Positions 10,199-20,558 of a stretch of DNA of 64,000 bases are shown one piece after another. The stretch comes from Verrucomicrobiota bacterium (GTDB taxonomy: Bacteria > Verrucomicrobiota > Verrucomicrobiia > Verrucomicrobiales > Akkermansiaceae). The notes under the pieces were generated by a model. That model was not told the origin of the DNA and ran no database searches. It was given only the letters and a program-made list of their open reading frames with translations. The position numbers were made by a program, and so were the translations under genes. How positions within the stretch are numbered: the stretch's first letter is position 1; each line of letters begins with the position of its first letter. The stretch covers positions 596 to 64,595 of the forward strand of contig JBJOMZ010000001.1 in the NCBI GenBank assembly GCA_046052105.1, in the 5' to 3' direction.

Positions 10199-10283
10199 CG
10201 GAGAAAGAATGAAGCAAAAAATCCGATCACCGCAATCAAAAGATCGGGACATGACCGAATCCATGGTCAGAAGTCCCCGTTTG

Positions 10284-12164
10284 TTAGAGAGAAATCTGCG
10301 CGCCTAATTCCACCACACGCGAGGGTGGCAGAGAGAAATAGGCTGTGGCGGGTGTGGCGTTGCGCGTCATCCAGGCGAAAATCGCTAAGCGGAAGCGCTC
10401 CCAGGCATTCAGACCGCGACTGACGGCATACGTTTCGCGGCCCAGGAAGAAGGTGGATTTGTGCGGTTCGTATTTCAACTCGCCATTCAGGCATTCCTTG
10501 AGTGCGGCTGGCACATTGGGAGTCTCGCTGAAGCCGAATCGCAGGTGGAGCAGAATCATGCCCTGCCCCAATTCCTGGATATCGTAGCGTTCTTCCGGCA
10601 TGGCATGGGATGCATCCAGAGTTTCCACATGCAGCAAGATCACCCGCTCGTGGAGCACCTGGTTGTGTTTCAGATTGTGCAACAGAGCCAAGGGAATACC
10701 ACCGGTTTTACCGCACATGTAAAAAGCCGTGCCAGGCACCCGATGCACGTTTTTGCGCTGTAGGTCTTCGATCAGCATGGCCGCAGGGATCGAGGCTTTT
10801 TCCATGCGTTTGCCCAAGCGCTCACGACCCCAGCGCCAGGTGGTCATCAGGAAAATCATCACAAAGGCCACGGCCAATGGCATCCAACCGCCGTGGAAAA
10901 TCTTGGCACCATTGGCTAACAGGAAGGCGAGATCGATCACCAAAAAGCTGGACGTGGCAAGATGACATTTCCATGGTGCCCATTTCCAAATAATGCGAGC
11001 TGCTTGATTGAAGAGCAGTGTGGTGACGGTCATGGTCAGGCAGATGGAAATCCCGTAGGCCGCAGCGAGGTTGCCGGATTTCTCGTATTTCGAAATCAGG
11101 AACAAACATGCCACCATCAGCAGCCAATTGACGGGAGGTAGATAGACCTGGCCTTTTTCCGTTTCGGAAGTGTAAAGCATGCGCAGTCGTGGCAGGCAGC
11201 CGAGTTGGATCGCTTGCGATGTCAGAGAAAACGCGCCCGAGATCAGGGCTTGGCTGGCGATGATGGCTGCGGCGGTCGCGAGAATGGTCAAAGGCAAAAT
11301 CCACGACTCGGACACCAGATTGTAGAACGAGTGGGTCGATTCCGGATGCACCTGCATCAAGGCCGCCTGCCCGAGATAATTCAGAGCGAGCCCTGGGAAT
11401 GCCACAAAATACCATGCCTTGCGAATGGCTTTTGCGGAAAAGTGTCCGAGATCCGCATAAAGCGCCTCTCCTCCCGTGACCGACAGAAATACCGCAGCGA
11501 GGATGGGCAGGGCGTGTGCGGATTGATGATAGAGAAATAGAATGCCGTTGAGCGGATTGAGCGACCACAGCACCGAAGGGCTGGCGATGATCCATTTCAC
11601 GCCCAGCAATCCCAACACGGCAAACCACAGCAAAATGATGGGGCCGAACAAGACGCCGACGCGACCTGTGCCGTGTCGTTGGATCGCAAATACCGCGACA
11701 ATGATGCCCATCGCGATGGGCACTACCGAGCCGCCCAGGTTCGGCGCCTTGACCGTCAAACCCTCGACGGCGGAAAGCACGGAAATCGCGGGAGTGATCA
11801 TGCCATCGGCGTAAATCAGTGCCGCGCCTAACAAACCCACGGCAAATACCCACGGACGGTCACGCAGTCCTTGCATCGCGCGATTGCCCCGCACCAGCGC
11901 TGAGAGCGACAAAATTCCGCCTTCTCCCTTGTTGTCCAGTCGCAACACCAAAGTGACGTATTTCAGCGAAACGATCAAAATCAGAGACCAGACGATCAAC
12001 GATGCGGCACCGCACAGATTCTGCGAGACGGTATCGACATGGTCGGCGAAACATTCGCGGAAAGCATAAAGAGGACTGGTACCGATATCGCCGAAAACAA
12101 TACCCAACGCACCGAGAGCCATTTTCCACGACACCGATTTCTTGTGAGAAGCGATTTGAGACAT
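10284..12164 (-). CDS. kup: KUP/HAK/KT family potassium transporter
   Basis: Canonical N-terminal motif ALGIVFGDIGTSPLY, about 12 TM segments and a cytoplasmic C-terminal domain. The likely start is the MSQIASHKK ATG at 12164; the ORF extends to 12242. Confidence 0.9.
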   Translation of the reverse strand: MSQIASHKKSVSWKMALGALGIVFGDIGTSPLYAFRECFADHVDTVSQNLCGAASLIVWSLILIVSLKYVTLVLRLDNKGEGGILSLSALVRGNRAMQGLRDRPWVFAVGLLGAALIYADGMITPAISVLSAVEGLTVKAPNLGGSVVPIAMGIIVAVFAIQRHGTGRVGVLFGPIILLWFAVLGLLGVKWIIASPSVLWSLNPLNGILFLYHQSAHALPILAAVFLSVTGGEALYADLGHFSAKAIRKAWYFVAFPGLALNYLGQAALMQVHPESTHSFYNLVSESWILPLTILATAAAIIASQALISGAFSLTSQAIQLGCLPRLRMLYTSETEKGQVYLPPVNWLLMVACLFLISKYEKSGNLAAAYGISICLTMTVTTLLFNQAARIIWKWAPWKCHLATSSFLVIDLAFLLANGAKIFHGGWMPLAVAFVMIFLMTTWRWGRERLGKRMEKASIPAAMLIEDLQRKNVHRVPGTAFYMCGKTGGIPLALLHNLKHNQVLHERVILLHVETLDASHAMPEERYDIQELGQGMILLHLRFGFSETPNVPAALKECLNGELKYEPHKSTFFLGRETYAVSRGLNAWERFRLAIFAWMTRNATPATAYFSLPPSRVVELGAQISL

Positions 12165-12331
12165 AGTAGCCCGCACAGCGCAGGACAGCTTTTGTATGCC
12201 CGTGAGCATGCCTTGGCGAGCGTAAAAAAGGATCCGCTTCACGGCAACAGACCAAAGAGCGGATGCGTTTGGTGGCCATGGCGGAGTTTCCCATTGCCGT
12301 GCCTGTGGTCATGAACGTAGCTTGATGCATC

Positions 12332-13417
12332 ATGCAACGCAGACCATTTCTCCAAACATTGTGCGGCGCTTCGCTCGCCACATCTTTTTCTCAAGCGCAA
12401 GAAACTCCGAAAAAACTAGGCTGGGCACTCGTAGGACTCGGCTCGTTGAGCACCAACCAAATCGCTCCGGCTTTGGCCAAAACAAAGAACGCGCGTCTTG
12501 CCGCAGTCGTGACCGGAAGTCCGGAAAAGGGCAGGCAGTGGAGTGAAAAGCATGACTTCGATGCCAACCACATCTACAGCTATGAGAGCTTTGATCGGAT
12601 CATCGATGATGCCGACGTCGATGTCGTGTATGTCGTCCTGCCCAACTCGATGCATCGTGAATATGTTGAGCGTGCCGCGAAGGCGGGTAAGCATGTATTT
12701 TGCGAAAAGCCGATGGCAAACACACCCGACGATTGCCGCAAGATGATTGAAGCCTGCGCCGCCGCCAAAAAATTGTTAGGAGTGGGCTACCGTTGCCAGT
12801 TCGAGCCCCATCATCGGGAGGCAATACGCCTGGCGAAAGAGAAGGTGTTTGGTGAAGTGAAACACATCCAAGCCAATTTCGGATTCCAGAGCGGTGATCC
12901 GAAGCAATGGCGACTGCGAAAAGCCTTAGCGGGCGGTGGCGCTTTGATGGATGTCGGCATCTATGCTCTGCAAGCGTGCCGCTATCTCATGGGCGAAGAA
13001 CCGGTGGAGGTATCGGCGATCGAGACCAAAACGGATCCAGTCAAATTTGCTGAGGTTGATGAAACGATCAACTGGCAGATGAAGTTTGCTTCAGGACGCA
13101 GCGCACAGTGCACCACAACGTATCTGTTCAATGGCTACAACGATTTTACCGCGGTTTGCCAACGTGGCAAATTCGGATTGGAGCCAGCATTCGGATATAC
13201 CGGCTTGAAAGGATTTTGCAGCGGTGAAAAAAACCATCTCGATCTCCCGAACGTGGATCATTTCCAGCTAGAGATCGAGGCTTTCTCCCAAGCCATCATC
13301 GATGGCAAAGAGTTCAGCCCGTCCGGTGAAGAAGGACTGCGTGATTTGCTAGTAATCGATGCGATCTATCGCTCGATTCAAAGTGGAAAAGTAGAAAAAG
13401 TCGCTTCATTTAGATAA
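12332..13417 (+). CDS. Gfo/Idh/MocA family oxidoreductase, periplasmic (Tat signal)
   Basis: MQRRPFLQTLCGASLATSFSQA leader, Rossmann motif WALVGLGSLS and the EKP motif (FCEKPMA). Confidence 0.85.
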   Translation: MQRRPFLQTLCGASLATSFSQAQETPKKLGWALVGLGSLSTNQIAPALAKTKNARLAAVVTGSPEKGRQWSEKHDFDANHIYSYESFDRIIDDADVDVVYVVLPNSMHREYVERAAKAGKHVFCEKPMANTPDDCRKMIEACAAAKKLLGVGYRCQFEPHHREAIRLAKEKVFGEVKHIQANFGFQSGDPKQWRLRKALAGGGALMDVGIYALQACRYLMGEEPVEVSAIETKTDPVKFAEVDETINWQMKFASGRSAQCTTTYLFNGYNDFTAVCQRGKFGLEPAFGYTGLKGFCSGEKNHLDLPNVDHFQLEIEAFSQAIIDGKEFSPSGEEGLRDLLVIDAIYRSIQSGKVEKVASFR

Positions 13418-13523
13418 AACGATGAATCGTATTTTACAGCACATACGTATATATCAAATGAAAATTCTGCATCATGATTTGACGATTCTCACGGTAAAAT
13501 GATTGTCGTAGCTTGTGATGGAT

Positions 13524-14681
13524 TTATTTCCTGGCGAGTGCCGCGGTGATGGCATGAAAAGCGGGCTTGGGCTTTGCCTCGCGGTCAAAGAGGAGTCCGT
13601 GATTGGTGCGCACCCATGGCCATTTGTTTAGCCAGCTATGGCGGTCGCTGATGCCCCAGACCGTAACGCGATCCATGTGTTTGCGGTTGGCCAATACGGC
13701 ATCCATCACTTCGCGATAGACCTCTGCCTGTTTGGCTAGAATTTGCTCAGGGCAACCATTGGCGTAAGGGTTTTGTTGGTTCGCTTTCTCGCGGGTTTTT
13801 GGGTTCCAGTGCAGCGAGCGCGGAATCACATCGATGTCGAGCTCGGTCAGCGCGCATTGGAAACCTTCTGCTGCAAATTGTTTGATCATACTGTCGAGGT
13901 TTGCGGTGGTTTTATCACCGAGTTCGAGGTGGCTCTGGCTGCCTACGACATCAACCTTGCATCCTTTGTCACGCAGCTTGCGCACGAAAGCGAGAATGGC
14001 CTTCAGCCGATCAGGACGTTCGACGGCAAAATCATTGTAGGTGAGCTTCGCCTTCGGATCGATTTCCGCTGCCATTTTGAAGAGTCGCTCTGGGTAATCG
14101 GCCCCGAGGATACGCGTGAGGTCCGTCTCGCGATATCCGGGAGCGGGAACCTCGATGAATTCATTGAGCACGTCCCAGGAATCCATGCGCCCCGCATAAC
14201 GCCCCATCAATTTTTGTGCATGGTCTTCGATTCGTTTCCAAACGAGCTTCGCATCGGCTTCTTTTTCGCCGTCTTTGAAAAGCCAGTTCGGGTAGTTTCC
14301 ATCGCGATTGAAAATGAGCGTGTGTCCTACTACTTTCTGCCCATGCTTCGTGGCGAAATCTACAAGACGATCCGCCGCTTCAAAACGGTACACGCCCTCC
14401 TTCGGACAAAGATACTGCCACTTCATGCAGTTCTCCGCAGTGACGCTGTCGAACTGAGTGGTGAGAAGTTTCATCTCCTCAGGCGTGTAGAGCGTGTCGA
14501 ACTGCGTCTGCACGGAAGTTCCCATCAATGGCCTGCCACCCCCAAGTTCGCGCAGTGATGCAAGGGCGTGATCTTTCGCCAAGGAGCGTTGTGAGGCGAT
14601 TAAAAAACAGCTTGCGGAAATACCGCGGAGGAAATACCTGCGTGTCATCGGACAGGAAACAGATGGAGAGTCGTTGTTCAT
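13524..14681 (-). CDS. Glycoside hydrolase family 10 endo-1,4-beta-xylanase
   Basis: GHTLIF, WDVLNE (acid/base Glu) and LTELDIDV (nucleophile Glu). Tat-like MTRRYFLRG leader, so the start may be at 14648. Confidence 0.85.
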   Translation of the reverse strand: MNNDSPSVSCPMTRRYFLRGISASCFLIASQRSLAKDHALASLRELGGGRPLMGTSVQTQFDTLYTPEEMKLLTTQFDSVTAENCMKWQYLCPKEGVYRFEAADRLVDFATKHGQKVVGHTLIFNRDGNYPNWLFKDGEKEADAKLVWKRIEDHAQKLMGRYAGRMDSWDVLNEFIEVPAPGYRETDLTRILGADYPERLFKMAAEIDPKAKLTYNDFAVERPDRLKAILAFVRKLRDKGCKVDVVGSQSHLELGDKTTANLDSMIKQFAAEGFQCALTELDIDVIPRSLHWNPKTREKANQQNPYANGCPEQILAKQAEVYREVMDAVLANRKHMDRVTVWGISDRHSWLNKWPWVRTNHGLLFDREAKPKPAFHAITAALARK

Positions 14682-14799
14682 GGAATGAATGGGTGACGGT
14701 GGATTATCTGGTGCGATTCAGCACCATGGTGAGGAGATGGCCGAGGGCAATTCTGCCTACTATTGGTGAGGAGAAGAGGATGATAGATTGACCTTTGCA

Positions 14800-14838
14800 T
14801 CCAATAAACAAAATAATGCTGGCAAGCAGCGCCAGCAT
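14800..14838 (-). terminator. Rho-independent terminator downstream of the 14890.. gene
   Basis: On the minus strand: 8-bp stem atgctggc / gccagcat (14816-14838) with a 7-nt loop, followed by tattttgtttatt. Confidence 0.5.
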
Positions 14839-14889
14839 CAGGATGGGCGATTCATAAGACGTCGCTTCCCATAGGATGCTCAGGATGTT

Positions 14890-16285
14890 TCATTCTAGAT
14901 CGTTGAGATTCAAGCCTTCGATCATGCAGTCCACTTGGCCGTAGGGTGCTTTTGTAGACTCATCGTAAGCGACGTTGCTGTAGACGGCGATGGTGTTGGT
15001 GCCGATTTTCAAATGTTCTGGTGAGACGGATGACCAAGGAGCGTAGTAGGGTTTATCCTGCCACCAGCCATAGGCCGCGATCTCGTGGCCGTTGAGATAG
15101 ATGCGGAAACCTTGGGGGCAAAGAATGCTGACTCGATAGGAATCGTAGTCGAGAGCATCGAGGTAATGTGAAGTCGCGGAAGCGTCTTCTCCCGCGGGTG
15201 GGGAGCTGGTCTTTTTCCTGAGTGGCATCAAAGGATTTGAATTTCCAAATGCGTTCCGCAGGTGGCACTTTTCCGATGACCTTCCAACCAGCTTTGGGGT
15301 TGGCGAGTTTTGTTAGATCGATGATCGAGTTGAGCAGTTCTGGTTTTTCCTCTTTGTCGGCGCGCAGTCGTTTGAGAAGTTCGGGTCGATAGGTTTGCAG
15401 CAGCACTTTTTGAAGAGCGGCACGTTCTTTGGGTTTGAGTTTCTCCAATACGGTATAGAGACCGAAGGGCGTGCCGCCGGGACTAGCGGAGGGTGCTCCG
15501 ACGAGGTTGACGAGGTCTTCCGTGCTGAAATCAGCCAAACGAGGTCGCACTGCGATGGCGAGCGGTGCGGCGTGAGAAGGATCGGTGTGCAAGCAGAACT
15601 TCACTGCTTCCATGACGTTGTGAGCACCCTCGCCCGAACGCGCGCCGCTTTTGATTTCGGTTGCGGATACGGCTTTTTTCATTCCTGCGATGATCAGCTT
15701 GCCTGCCTCGCTCTCCGGTTTCTTATCCCGCAGAGTTTCTTCAAAGTGATTTTTCATCCACATTCACTCCGCATTCCTTGCCCAGCAACATCGTGGTCAG
15801 CATTTGAGCTCCCGCGGCATTCAGCAGGCTGCCGCATACATAGCTGGGAGATACTCCATTGCTCCAATGCGTCCATCCGCAGTCAAACTTCTGGCGAGCC
15901 TTCGCATCGTCGCAGTAATATTGCATAACGGGCAAAACCGACTTATCACCGGTGCGCAGGTAGTATTCACCGCAGGCGATCCCATTGTAGCCGTTGTTCC
16001 AGGTGTGGTCGCCGATCGCTTTGACATCCTTGGGAAAGGCATCGAAGTAGGCTTTGACTTGGGGTAAATACGTATCTTCGACCTTGAGAACCACGCCTGG
16101 GTGGATACGCAGCTTTAGCTCGGTGGTGCCAACACCACCGAAATACCTCTCGCGGGAAGGATCCGGACGGGACTGGAACATGGGTTTTCGGTGTAGTGTC
16201 GCTGCTCGTTGCCGCTACCGTCTTCGGCATGAAGGACACCGGTGATCACGGAGGAGAGAAGGAGAATGGAAAATGATCGCTTCAT
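14890..16285 (-). pseudogene. Disrupted secreted protein. Its C-terminal jelly-roll module is paralogous to the C-terminus of 16371..18149. At least three frame changes and one internal deletion.
   Basis: Signal peptide MKRSFSILLLSSVITGVLHA starts at 16285 in one frame. The body continues as ORFs 15741..16181, 15053..15763 and 14890..15231 in other frames. One junction lies at an A5 run (15750-15754). WKFKSFDATQEKD...RRFRDFTLP and DYDSYRVSILCPQGFRIYLNGHEIAAYGWWQD match the neighbour's WRFVAVDATQKKD...RRFRDITLP and FDSYRIAILARQGFHIYLNGQKIHTYVWWQD. The ~55 aa between these motifs are missing, and the two motifs overlap in DNA in different frames. Confidence 0.6.
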
Positions 16286-16370
16286 GGAGCTGGGAGCAAA
16301 CTTTCAGACTGGGTTATGGCTCAGGGGGGGCGATTTTTTTGTGATTCTTACTTCCCCTGCATGCGATCAT

Positions 16371-18149
16371 CTACTTTTGCAAGGGCAGCAAGGCATCGGC
16401 AAACGCCTTGCCCATCTGAGCAAATATCTTCGCGCTGCCAAAATAGTGGTAGCCACCATTGGATGCGCCTTTGAGGGCTTCTCTGTCTGTGGGCGAAAGG
16501 ACTTTCTCCAAAGCTCGGTCAAGCTTCTGCTGATCGGCCATGGTGATTCCCTCAAGCCACACATCGAGCGCGCCATAATGTTCGGGGGACCCGGGTGAGT
16601 ATTGATCATTGGCATAGACCGCCAGAACATTCTTCCCTTTTCTGAGGAATTTGACCTGTTCCTTATCGAGGACGATCGAGCCATAACGTGGATGATCTTG
16701 CCACCAGACGTAGGTGTGAATCTTCTGTCCGTTCAAATAAATATGGAACCCTTGCCTGGCCAAAATTGCGATGCGATATGAGTCGAAGGTGAGGTCTTCG
16801 ATTTCAAAAGTTGTACGCATCAGCAGAAACTCACCTGTGCCCCATTTCGAGGGAAATTGATCCAAAGTAATACCGTTGTGATTCCATACGCCCTTGCCGA
16901 TAGGAGCCTTGCCTGCTGTCCATTGGCTGTCGTCAAATTCGGGCATGAACCAGTTCTCCATCTCCGCAGGTAGCGTGATGTCACGGAACCGCCTGTCTGT
17001 GAATTCCACGATCTTGTCCTTCTTTTGAGTAGCATCAACGGCAACGAAGCGCCAGCTCTGTTCTTCCGGCAGCGGCTTGCCGACTGGCTTCCAGAAGTTC
17101 CCCCATTCCCATTCCTTGTTCAAGGATCCATCTGGCTTCAAGGTGCGAGCCGTTCCGACGATTTCATTGTATTCGCCCTGCTTGGGTTGCGCCGCTTCGA
17201 TAACACGATCCCAAAAAGGTGCGGTATCCACGGCAATCACGTTGCCCTTGAACTCGGGCATGGCGGCGGGCGCGGCCATCGCTTTGCGGAAGTTGACGTT
17301 TTTTTCCCCTTCCACACCGAGAACACCGATGACGAACGGCATTTTCGGTGCCGATAGATCTTTGCGAAGGTCGCGGATGAAGTGAGCTAACAAGCGAGAG
17401 TATTCGTCATAATTGTCGTTCGGATACGTGGTCCCATCGACAAGGTCATTGAATCCCTGAAGCCAGACAAATCCGCCCAATTCGTATCCCTGCTGGGGAT
17501 CATAGGCGGGACAGACCCGCTTGGGATCAGCCAGCACTTTTTTCACGTGGTCGATCATCATGCGGTAAAACACCCCCGAGGCGGCATCCTTGTCATCCTG
17601 CCATTTTTTTCGATCTGCAAGTTTGGGAACTCCGTGGGCACCCTCAGGATGTTGATCCCACACATCTTGGATCTCCTTTGGTAGCTTGTATGGTCCGGCG
17701 CTCGGCGGACGGAATTCGGTATTAAGAGATCTGCCGCCCCATGCCGTCTTGATGATCAGGATGGGATCCTTCAACTTTTTCTCCATAAAGATTCCGAAGG
17801 TGAACTCGGGACCAATGTTGCCACCGAGTTGTGTGGGTTGATCTCCTCGTGCGCCAAAGCCTGCAGTCAACTTACCCAAGCCTTCGCCATTGGCGCTGCC
17901 ATCATAAGGACCTGTTAGATAGGACATCCAGACATTATCGCATACCCGCGGGGTTCCATCGGGATTGCGCATCTCCTTGAGTAAAGGTGCCGTCAGCGGA
18001 TCCTTGCCGATGTAGTCAAAGGTGCTGATCGCCGCATGACCTTCCATGTTGGATTGCCCAGCGAGAATGAAGACCTTGAGTGGCTTGGCGAAAGCGGTCA
18101 GAGAGGATGCGCACAGCAGTAGTCCGGTGAGTATGACTTTTGTTTTCAT
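16371..18149 (-). CDS. SASA/DUF303-type carbohydrate (sialate O-acetyl-like) esterase with a C-terminal galactose-binding-like jelly-roll domain
   Basis: Signal peptide MKTKVILTGLLLCASSLTAFA and esterase motif KVFILAGQSNMEGHA. The C-terminal ~190 aa (FDSYRIAILARQGFHIYLNG...VLAVYANDQY) are shared with the adjacent pseudogene. Confidence 0.8.
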   Translation of the reverse strand: MKTKVILTGLLLCASSLTAFAKPLKVFILAGQSNMEGHAAISTFDYIGKDPLTAPLLKEMRNPDGTPRVCDNVWMSYLTGPYDGSANGEGLGKLTAGFGARGDQPTQLGGNIGPEFTFGIFMEKKLKDPILIIKTAWGGRSLNTEFRPPSAGPYKLPKEIQDVWDQHPEGAHGVPKLADRKKWQDDKDAASGVFYRMMIDHVKKVLADPKRVCPAYDPQQGYELGGFVWLQGFNDLVDGTTYPNDNYDEYSRLLAHFIRDLRKDLSAPKMPFVIGVLGVEGEKNVNFRKAMAAPAAMPEFKGNVIAVDTAPFWDRVIEAAQPKQGEYNEIVGTARTLKPDGSLNKEWEWGNFWKPVGKPLPEEQSWRFVAVDATQKKDKIVEFTDRRFRDITLPAEMENWFMPEFDDSQWTAGKAPIGKGVWNHNGITLDQFPSKWGTGEFLLMRTTFEIEDLTFDSYRIAILARQGFHIYLNGQKIHTYVWWQDHPRYGSIVLDKEQVKFLRKGKNVLAVYANDQYSPGSPEHYGALDVWLEGITMADQQKLDRALEKVLSPTDREALKGASNGGYHYFGSAKIFAQMGKAFADALLPLQK

Positions 18150-18574
18150 CGTGGTTTTGGTATGGCAATGGTAAATCTGGATTGAGGTAACACATCAAGA
18201 TTCATTTGTGAAAAGGTATCGCACAACAGTGCTAAGATTTTGGCGAAGCAGAGGCAAGTTACTTCGCAAAGCGAGAGATCGGGAGGCCGATTTTCGCTTC
18301 TAACAGAAAAAATAACTTTCTGACTGAAGCGCTCGATTTCAGTGAGCGGTTTCTCCATCGCTGTTTGAGCAAGTTGATGTCATGCTCGTTCAGCTTCCCC
18401 GCCGGTCCGGTAGCATATCATCGTTGCGATAAAAGCGATTGCCAGGCTTGCCGTGGCACCGATTCCCGTGAATGATTCTTATACATCGTTTAATTTGTTT
18501 GATCTGTATTTTTAGTTGTTTTATAAAAAAGATCAAAAGAAATTAATGATGCGGGTATGCAGCATTTTCTGAGA

Positions 18575-18896
18575 TCAATCGTTAAGTCCATATTCACGGG
18601 CGAAGGCCTCGACTGCTTCGAAGTTGTAACCATAGGAGGCTTGGCCTTTTTTCATTCCTTGATAAATCGTTTGCAAGACCTTGGTGCGGTCGGGGCCTTG
18701 TGGGATTGTCTGGATCCATTTCATGGCGTTCTCAGGGCCACCATTTGTCGGTGGTGATCTGAGTGCCGAGATTGGCGATGTCCTCGCCGTCGATGACGGG
18801 AGCTGCAGCGCTGGCGGTCACGCTGGCAGCTTCGGCTGGAAGGATGGTCAGGGCAACAGCGGCGAGCGCTGCACCAAGAAGCGAATGGGTTTTCAT
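18575..18896 (-). pseudogene. Small secreted protein split by a 1-nt frame change at CCC_TGA (pseudogene, sequencing error or +1 frameshift)
   Basis: MKTHSLLGAALAAVALTILPAEA...ITTDKWWP stops at 18732-18734. The +1 frame continues PENAMKWIQTIPQGPDRTKVLQTIYQGMKKGQASYGYNFEAVEAFAREYGLND to the stop at 18575-18577. Deleting one T restores one ~105-aa ORF. Confidence 0.35.
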
Positions 18897-19126
18897 ACGG
18901 TCAGAAATCTTTGGGCAAGGCGCGGATGACAGAGCAGATGGCGTATCAATGATAGTGACCTTTGATCGACCCGCGGCAGATGTCGTTGGAAGCTGGATCC
19001 CCAAAACCCAAGCGAATATTTTGACTATTCCATGCCATCGCATGGCATTAGCAGAAAATGCTGGCGCGGGCAAGAGGATTTAGCGATCGCATCATGGGCT
19101 CGTAAATGCAGAGGGCATAGGGAAAA

Positions 19127-19330
19127 TCAGTGGCGGCCCGCTATGACGCCGCCGTCCATATCCCATATAGCGCCTGTCATCCAGCCAGTGAGATCACGGA
19201 GGAGGGAGTTCACCGCAGCCGCAACGTCCGCCTGACGATCGATCCGGGCCATCGGGTGGAACCCGTCGAATCCGGCAAGAGCGAATTCAATCGGATCCTC
19301 AGCGATGAAGGATTTGTAAATCGTGGTCAC
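19127..19330 (-). pseudogene. C-terminal remnant of a short-chain dehydrogenase/reductase
   Basis: The 67-aa ORF ends ...[29 protein letters not shown], matching the conserved SDR C-terminus (...EVA.AV.FL.S....ITG....VDGG). There is no Rossmann or catalytic N-terminal part upstream. Confidence 0.45.
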
Positions 19331-19397
19331 AACAACGGCGCTCTAGTCCGTGGTTCGTTTGTTTGCCAAGATGCGAGTCCCATGCTATCGTAACAAC

Positions 19398-19862
19398 ATG
19401 AAAGCGATTGCCTTACTCAGCGTCTTGCTAGCGAGCGTTCTGCCCTCCTGCATGCCTATCACTCCGCAACAGCGCATCGCTAAAAATCCCGCCGCTTTCC
19501 TTGCGCTGACCGAGAAACAACAACAGCTGGTCCGCCAGGGGGAGATCAGTCGCGGTATGTCGCCGCAGGCGGTATTGCTCGCCTGGGGGCCGCCTTCGCG
19601 TCGCTATGTCGGAACGAGTGACGGAGTCGCCACTCAACGGTGGGATTATGTTGCCACTCAGCCCGTGTTCACCAACCAACTCGCCTATGGCGGGGGATGG
19701 GGACGAGCTAGGGTCTGGGGCAGCGGGGGCTGGGGGCCTTATGGCTGGTGTGATCCGTATTTCGGACCTGATGTCACTTACATCCCCTACCGCCGGGGAA
19801 CGATCGTTTTCAAAAAGGAAAAAGTTGACTCTTGGGAAAAAATGCAGGATTCCGATCCGTAA
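19398..19862 (+). CDS. Lipoprotein with SmpA/OmlA (BamE)-like motif
   Basis: Internal ATG gives MKAIALLSVLLASVLPSC (lipobox-like LPSC). GMSPQAVLLAWGPP resembles the BamE/SmpA_OmlA fold signature. Confidence 0.6.
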   Translation: MKAIALLSVLLASVLPSCMPITPQQRIAKNPAAFLALTEKQQQLVRQGEISRGMSPQAVLLAWGPPSRRYVGTSDGVATQRWDYVATQPVFTNQLAYGGGWGRARVWGSGGWGPYGWCDPYFGPDVTYIPYRRGTIVFKKEKVDSWEKMQDSDP

Positions 19863-19874
19863 CTTTGTCGATTC

Positions 19875-20546
19875 ATGAAACACGCACTTGTTCTTTTCAC
19901 TTCCGCCCTGTTCGCGGCCCTGACTTTCTCTTCTTGCTCATCCGGAGTCTCCCAGTTGCGAACGTATCAAGCTTACGACCGCCCTGCCAGCCTGCCCGCC
20001 AATCCCAATGCGGTGCGAGTGAAAGTGTCCCTTCGTCATCAAATGATTTACGTGATGGAGGGATCCCAACCCTTGCTGATCGCTCCATGCACGGTGGGCA
20101 CGGCATCTGCGCCCACACCTCAAGGGAATTTCACCATTTTCAACAAGACCGCTTACAAGCGTGCCAACAGTCACGGCTGGGCTTACAAGGGCAACCAGTT
20201 CAAGCAGACCATGATCGGCGGTCGCCCCGCAGGCTGGCTCTTCAAAGGCACACCGATGCCGTATTGGTGTGAATTCAAAGCCAACTACGGAATCCATACG
20301 GGTTGGGTGAAGCCTTATCCCTCCAGCCACGGGTGCATCCGCATGCATGAGAACCTATCACCAAAATTTTTCCGTCTCGTGAAAGTCGGAACTCCTGTAA
20401 ACATCGCTGCCACGCAGCCGGAGGATGCAACCATCGGCAAAAACATTCCTCGGCCGCCAGATGCCGGGCCTTTGCCCGACTATGCGCCTCAGATGTATGT
20501 GGGCGACGGCTATTTCAGACAGCATAAAACTCCCGCCTACCAGTGA
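19875..20546 (+). CDS. L,D-transpeptidase (YkuD domain) lipoprotein
   Basis: Leader ...LTFSSCSS. Catalytic motif SSHGCIRMHENL. Confidence 0.85.
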   Translation: MKHALVLFTSALFAALTFSSCSSGVSQLRTYQAYDRPASLPANPNAVRVKVSLRHQMIYVMEGSQPLLIAPCTVGTASAPTPQGNFTIFNKTAYKRANSHGWAYKGNQFKQTMIGGRPAGWLFKGTPMPYWCEFKANYGIHTGWVKPYPSSHGCIRMHENLSPKFFRLVKVGTPVNIAATQPEDATIGKNIPRPPDAGPLPDYAPQMYVGDGYFRQHKTPAYQ

Positions 20547-20558
20547 TCCGCGCGGCGC

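Noticed and set aside
18146-18358. 70-aa ORF in the AT-rich gap upstream of the 592-aa esterase gene
   Set aside because: Odd composition, no motif, and it overlaps the esterase start. More likely a promoter/5' region. The 7-bp inverted repeat tttgatc...gatcaaa near 18500-18537 is too weak and AT-rich to call.
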